From an uncultured Candidatus Peribacteria bacterium (GTDB taxonomy: Bacteria; Patescibacteriota; Gracilibacteria; Peribacterales; Peribacteraceae): a DNA stretch of 64,000 nt. Position numbers and translations under genes: made by a program. The stretch spans positions 25,287-89,286 of the forward strand of contig CAZWES010000001.1 of assembly GCA_964632395.1 (NCBI GenBank), read 5' to 3'. Of this stretch, positions 60,286 through 64,000 are shown piece after piece. How positions within the stretch are numbered: the stretch's first letter is position 1; each line of letters starts with the position of its first letter. The notes beneath the pieces are model-generated. The model had not been told where the DNA came from, did no database searches, and saw only the letters and a list, made by a program, of their open reading frames with translations.

Positions 60286-61431
60286 CTATTCAATCTTCAG
60301 TATTTTACAGTCCACAAGATATGGCGAATTAAATGCGGTCGTTTCACCTGCCTTTTTGCCGGGCACTGGGAATAAGCGGGCAGACAGTGGTTTGTCCAAT
60401 TTGATTGCCAAAGTCGCTATGTCCAGAAGTGTTGCTTCAATCTTTTCTGTCGGTGTATCTCCTGGGATCGGGACAGTATCCAGTCCGCAACCGCAAACCG
60501 CTGAATATAAGAGCAGGTTAGAGATGTTATAAGTTTCCTCATTTGCCCCTGCTGCAAGCCCTCGATCTTCACAGACTGGAAGCATAAGACCGGAGTAACC
60601 GCATTGTTTTACTGATAGTCTCTTTAGTACACGTGTGATCAAGGCAGAAATTGTAAGCGTCCCCTGGTTTCCGAATTTGCCAAATCCTAGCTTTTCATAG
60701 GCAAAAGCAACACTTTCCTGCTCTTCAAGGCCTGGATTTAGTGAAACATCTATTCCGTTATATTTAATATTGGAGTCCTTTGAGATTTGCTGAGATAGGT
60801 CTGCTATCTTTTTGGTTTCTTCCTCGAATATTTGTTTTAGGTTTTGTTCGGCCTCTGTGAGATTATTGGATTTTGAAAATGCTTTCATGGCCAAATCTCC
60901 ACATTCCAGGCCAATACTGAAAGCGTCTTCACCTTCATGAAATCCTGTGGGAAAGAAGGGGATGCCTGCTTTGCAGTTTGCAGAAGCGCAAAACCTGAAA
61001 TTCCCGTAACCGTTTTCTGTTTCTTCGGCGATTCTTTTAATAACCTGCGCAGCAACTTTGGCATTTTCAAAGTTTATTCCGCTGTCTTTATCACCTATTT
61101 TCGCTGAGCACGAAATTCGGGAAGTTACCTTATTGAATTCTGGTACAAGTTTTATTCTCTCAGGAGTGTCTGCAAATCCAACATTAAAGAAACTCACATC
61201 GAGTTCTTCACATACATGTTCTATTTTTTGAATTGCACTGACGATTTCTGCATCAGGGAGACTGCCAAGATATTCTTCCCAGGAATTTGTAGATATCCTT
61301 GTCGTCTGAACTTCGTAGCTTGATTTTTCGAAAACATTTTTTGCTACCTGGTTAAAATCAGCAGCTTTCCTGATTCTATCTTCTTCATGCGATTTTAGAG
61401 ATATGCCTGTTGTTATGGTTCTGATTTTCAT
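60286..61431 (-). CDS. UPF0210/DUF711-family protein
   Basis: The N-terminal MKIRTITTGISL is characteristic of DUF711. 381 aa. Confidence 0.55.
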   Translation of the reverse strand: MKIRTITTGISLKSHEEDRIRKAADFNQVAKNVFEKSSYEVQTTRISTNSWEEYLGSLPDAEIVSAIQKIEHVCEELDVSFFNVGFADTPERIKLVPEFNKVTSRISCSAKIGDKDSGINFENAKVAAQVIKRIAEETENGYGNFRFCASANCKAGIPFFPTGFHEGEDAFSIGLECGDLAMKAFSKSNNLTEAEQNLKQIFEEETKKIADLSQQISKDSNIKYNGIDVSLNPGLEEQESVAFAYEKLGFGKFGNQGTLTISALITRVLKRLSVKQCGYSGLMLPVCEDRGLAAGANEETYNISNLLLYSAVCGCGLDTVPIPGDTPTEKIEATLLDIATLAIKLDKPLSARLFPVPGKKAGETTAFNSPYLVDCKILKIE

Positions 61432-61524
61432 ATTTTATCCGGGTAGGTTCTAGATCATAGTACCAAATAAGGTGGGACACGTGAAATTTTTGTGCTGTAT
61501 GTAAAAGAGCATGCTTGTTTTCAT

Positions 61525-61610
61525 GTTTTAATACGTTAAAACAAAGGGCAAGGAAAAGCAGCTTTAAAGTGAAGTTTGGAGCTTGTTTTGGTGTTTTAAT
61601 ACGTTAAAAC
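61525..61610. repeat. E-element copy 3
   Basis: GTTTTAATACGTTAAAAC AAAGGGCAAGGAAAAGCAGCTTTAAAGTGAAGTTTGGAGCTTGTTTTGGT GTTTTAATACGTTAAAAC, preceded by GCTTGTTTTCAT. Confidence 0.9.
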
Positions 61611-61679
61611 TAAGCCAAGCTGCATGAAAACAAAAAGATAGCTCCACTCCTATATCCGGTTTGACGCTATAATTCCAAC

Positions 61680-62570
61680 ATGCTTGATACTAGTTTGGTA
61701 CACAGCATTCTCACAGAGTCCTTTCCTTCACTTGAGGTTGCAGAAATTGTCGCGCTGGGGGAAGGGTGGCACATTGATGCGTTTGCTGTGAATGAGGAAT
61801 ACGTCTTTCGGTTTCCGAAGACGGAGGAAGCCGTTGTACATCTTCGAAAGGAAATATGCATGCTTCCAAAACTCCGTTCCGCCCTACCACTCGCCATTCC
61901 TGATTTTACATTCGTCGGCAAACCATCTCAGTCATTCCCGCGACCGTTTGTAGGATACAAAATGATCGATGGGGAGATTCTGACGAAAGAATCATTTGCC
62001 AGTCTCTCCGACGCAGCAAAGAAAAGCATCGCCAAGCAGGTCGCGGATTTTGTGATGGCAATGCACAGCTTTCCTTCCCCTGAGGCAAAGAAGTGCGGCA
62101 TAGAAACATTGGATGCGCGTGACGACTACACGGAATTCCTGCGAGAAATAAGGGAGAAGGCGCTTCCGAAGCTTTCAGGTGCAGAGCAGGAAGAAGTTGT
62201 CTGTCTTTTTGAATGGTTCCTCGAGGAAGAGAAAAATTTTGCATATGAACCAATTCTTCGCCACGCGGATTTGGGGCTCTGCCATCTGCTTAGTGACGGG
62301 CAAAAACTGATAGGTGTAATCGACTTCGGAGATATGACAATCGGCGATCCGGAGTATGAGCTTCATTTCCTTTATGAGGGCTGTGGAAGAGTTTTCATCG
62401 AGCTCATCCTGCAGTATCTGAATCATCCTGACCCCGATCGTCTATTGCAAAAGCTGCAGTTCTATTCCAAGATGAATTTTCTGGATGACGCACTGCATGG
62501 GCCAACTGATGGGTGGAAAGAGTGGGGATGGAAAGAGTTCAGAAGAGCATTGGAATCTCCCACTGAGTAG
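61680..62570 (+). CDS. Aminoglycoside-phosphotransferase-fold (APH/choline-kinase family) kinase
   Basis: ILRHADLGLCHLL is the catalytic-loop HxD and VIDFGDMTIGDP is DFG-like. Confidence 0.75.
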   Translation: MLDTSLVHSILTESFPSLEVAEIVALGEGWHIDAFAVNEEYVFRFPKTEEAVVHLRKEICMLPKLRSALPLAIPDFTFVGKPSQSFPRPFVGYKMIDGEILTKESFASLSDAAKKSIAKQVADFVMAMHSFPSPEAKKCGIETLDARDDYTEFLREIREKALPKLSGAEQEEVVCLFEWFLEEEKNFAYEPILRHADLGLCHLLSDGQKLIGVIDFGDMTIGDPEYELHFLYEGCGRVFIELILQYLNHPDPDRLLQKLQFYSKMNFLDDALHGPTDGWKEWGWKEFRRALESPTE

Positions 62571-62590
62571 TTGTTGGCATAAGTACTGGT

Positions 62591-62677
62591 GTTTTAATAC
62601 GTTAAAACAGTGGGGCAAGGAAAAGCAGCTTTAAAGTGGGGTTTGGAGCTTGTTTTCGTATTTTAATACGTTAAAAC
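62591..62677. repeat. E-element copy 4
   Basis: GTTTTAATACGTTAAAAC AGTGGGGCAAGGAAAAGCAGCTTTAAAGTGGGGTTTGGAGCTTGTTTTCGT ATTTTAATACGTTAAAAC. Confidence 0.9.
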
Positions 62678-62724
62678 AGACCAAAGTCTCTAAAAGCTCA
62701 GAAAAATACAGAGATGGAGCCTCG

Positions 62725-63840
62725 TCACGTAACAACCTCCTCCAATCTTCCATCATCGACCGTCTTTTTTATCTCCCCCGCAATCCTCTCCCCATAACTC
62801 ACTGGCTCCCCATGCAAGTACATCGAGTAGGGAGTGAACTTTGTTCCCGGCGACCCCGGAATCCTCAAACTAACATCAAAAATAACAATATCCTCTTTGC
62901 CCTCTTCTGCAACAACTGCGCCCTGCAAAGCGAATGGGCCGATGATGCCTTTGTCATCATGTTTTTTAGTTGCAGCCACAAACTTTTCACCCAGGTCAAA
63001 TGCTTTTTCCAGAATGGATTCTTTTACGGTGACGGCGATGTGACCAGTCTCAATCATCTTCAGGTCAACGTGCTTGAGTGCCTTAGCTTGTTCGGCTGCA
63101 GTCATTTTCAAAAACCCATCAAGATTAGTTTGTCTTCTTGTATCTGTTCCCATCAACTCAAGTTCGTTTGAAAGAGGGGAGTAGAAGAAGTTGAAGTTAA
63201 CCGGAGCGCCGACTACAAATTCCTCAATCACGGCATCACGCCAACTTGAATCCACTTTTCCATCTGCCTCAAGTTTTGATCCTTCTTCTTCATATTCATC
63301 TTTACTTGAGACAACAAAGAAGGCGCGCTCATAACTTCGTGCTTTCTCACTTGCCTTGACAATTATCGGCCTGTCGATCTCTTCCGGCTTTTCAAAAATC
63401 TTTGGAGCTCTGATGCCAGCGTCATGCAACAAATGATACTGGTTGTAAGGCTGGTCGCGTTCCTCCAGTTTTATGTACGAGCGGTTGCCGAAGATCGGTA
63501 CATTGAAATCATTTTCAACTCGTGAATAATCGCTGAAGTAAACCCAAAAGTAGCGATTGTGGATAAAAATTGTATTCAGAGATCTTAAGTTTTCCTGAAC
63601 TTCATCATCAAGAACGTTTTCGAATGTTTCAACTGGTATCACTTCATCAACACACCCTTTCCCGTCACGAGCCTTGTAATACGTATCGTAAGTTTTGTTT
63701 CTGCCTTTTCGCGCTACGCATACAGTCTTAAAGTCAAACTTCTTTGCGCCATGGCAAACATCAAGTGCGCTGTGTCCGCCAAGGACGCCAATTGAGATCT
63801 TATTTGTGTCGTAGCCTTTGAGGAGTTCTTGGGGGGTCAT
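62725..63840 (-). CDS. purP: FAICAR synthetase PurP (archaeal-type, ATP-grasp)
   Basis: ISIGVLGGHSALDVCHGAKKFDFKTVCVARKGRNKTY parallels the PurP N-terminus (I.t.GSHSAL.i..GAK.eGF.T). 371 aa. Confidence 0.75.
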   Translation of the reverse strand: MTPQELLKGYDTNKISIGVLGGHSALDVCHGAKKFDFKTVCVARKGRNKTYDTYYKARDGKGCVDEVIPVETFENVLDDEVQENLRSLNTIFIHNRYFWVYFSDYSRVENDFNVPIFGNRSYIKLEERDQPYNQYHLLHDAGIRAPKIFEKPEEIDRPIIVKASEKARSYERAFFVVSSKDEYEEEGSKLEADGKVDSSWRDAVIEEFVVGAPVNFNFFYSPLSNELELMGTDTRRQTNLDGFLKMTAAEQAKALKHVDLKMIETGHIAVTVKESILEKAFDLGEKFVAATKKHDDKGIIGPFALQGAVVAEEGKEDIVIFDVSLRIPGSPGTKFTPYSMYLHGEPVSYGERIAGEIKKTVDDGRLEEVVT

Positions 63841-64000
63841 GGTTGATCAGGGATGATAGAGCAGGAATTGAGATGATTAGCTTTTATTCGTGAGTGGAAA
63901 TCGGCAACTTGTCGCAATTGATTTGTACGTACTTTACCTGGTGGGAAGATTACTCCAATCCGCTTTTCCGGGAAATATTGTTTTACAGTATGAATTGCGG
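63837..64000 (-). CDS. Partial CDS (C-terminal 54 codons), unknown function
   Basis: Own translation of the minus strand: ...AIHTVKQYFPEKRIGVIFPPGKVRTNQLRQVADFHSRIKANHLNSCSIIPDQP. Its stop overlaps the purP start (ATGA). Not in the ORF track because the start lies outside the window. Confidence 0.35.
   Translation of the reverse strand, partial: AIHTVKQYFPEKRIGVIFPPGKVRTNQLRQVADFHSRIKANHLNSCSIIPDQP

Noticed and set aside
59902-62677. The repeated GTTTTAATACGTTAAAAC looks like a CRISPR repeat.
   Set aside because: - It is only 18 nt long.
- The about 49-nt sequence between paired copies is conserved rather than unique.
- The other intervals are whole genes of 0.9-7 kb.
- No cas genes are in the window.
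50171-62677. Integron-like cassette array with the E/F elements acting as attC sites.
   Set aside because: Not supportable as a classical integron:
- No intI-type integrase or attI is in the window.
- Gene orientations are mixed.
- One 'cassette' would be a 7.4-kb operon.
- The R''/R' core consensus (RYYYAAC/GTTRRRY) is not clearly met.

It is kept only as an analogy in the findings.

Overview
64-kb window from a bacterium using the standard genetic code. Its gene content looks like an uncultivated, reduced-genome lineage: a minimal T4SS-like pilin/VirB4/VirD4 set, SLH plus sortase envelope proteins, class II RNR, and archaeal-type PurP. That placement is my inference, not something the sequence shows.

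Layout:
1. 1-8.9 kb: mobile-element remnant. It carries an AEP primase, a helicase, three HTH regulators and a small terminase, but no structural genes, plus AT-rich orphan cargo.
2. 9-34 kb: core genes (cspA, alaS, nrdJ, purB, tsf, rpsB, ychF, purE, purC, two sortases). They are interleaved with a RayT-type tyrosine transposase, a GIY-YIG gene flanked by inverted repeats, and many long imperfect palindromes.
3. 34.3-40.7 kb: minus-strand T4SS-like cluster (pilin, VirD4-like, DUF3800, VirB4-like, membrane-anchored ureohydrolase).
4. 41-50 kb: cvpA-like, tRNA-Ala, obg, tRNA-Leu, a RelE/DinJ pair, polX, arsR.
5. 50.1-62.7 kb: the only region where I saw an 18-nt palindrome, GTTTTAATACGTTAAAAC (11 copies). 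It holds a complete hisGDCBH(A-F)IE operon preceded by a YerC/TrpR-like gene, plus DUF711, a kinase-fold gene and purP.

Most interesting candidate: a duplicated two-gene module (42.2-43.9 kb and 50.4-52.4 kb).
- The large cytoplasmic protein ends in a His...Gly-Cys-Ile/Met-Thr block that resembles L,D-transpeptidase-fold (YkuD / Tlde1-DUF2778) catalytic motifs.
- A tightly coupled membrane-anchored partner follows it, which fits an effector/immunity pair.
- One copy sits next to tRNA-Ala and near the T4SS-like genes. The other is bracketed by about 90-nt direct repeats.

Everything here rests on reading the translations and the DNA by eye. No database search was run.
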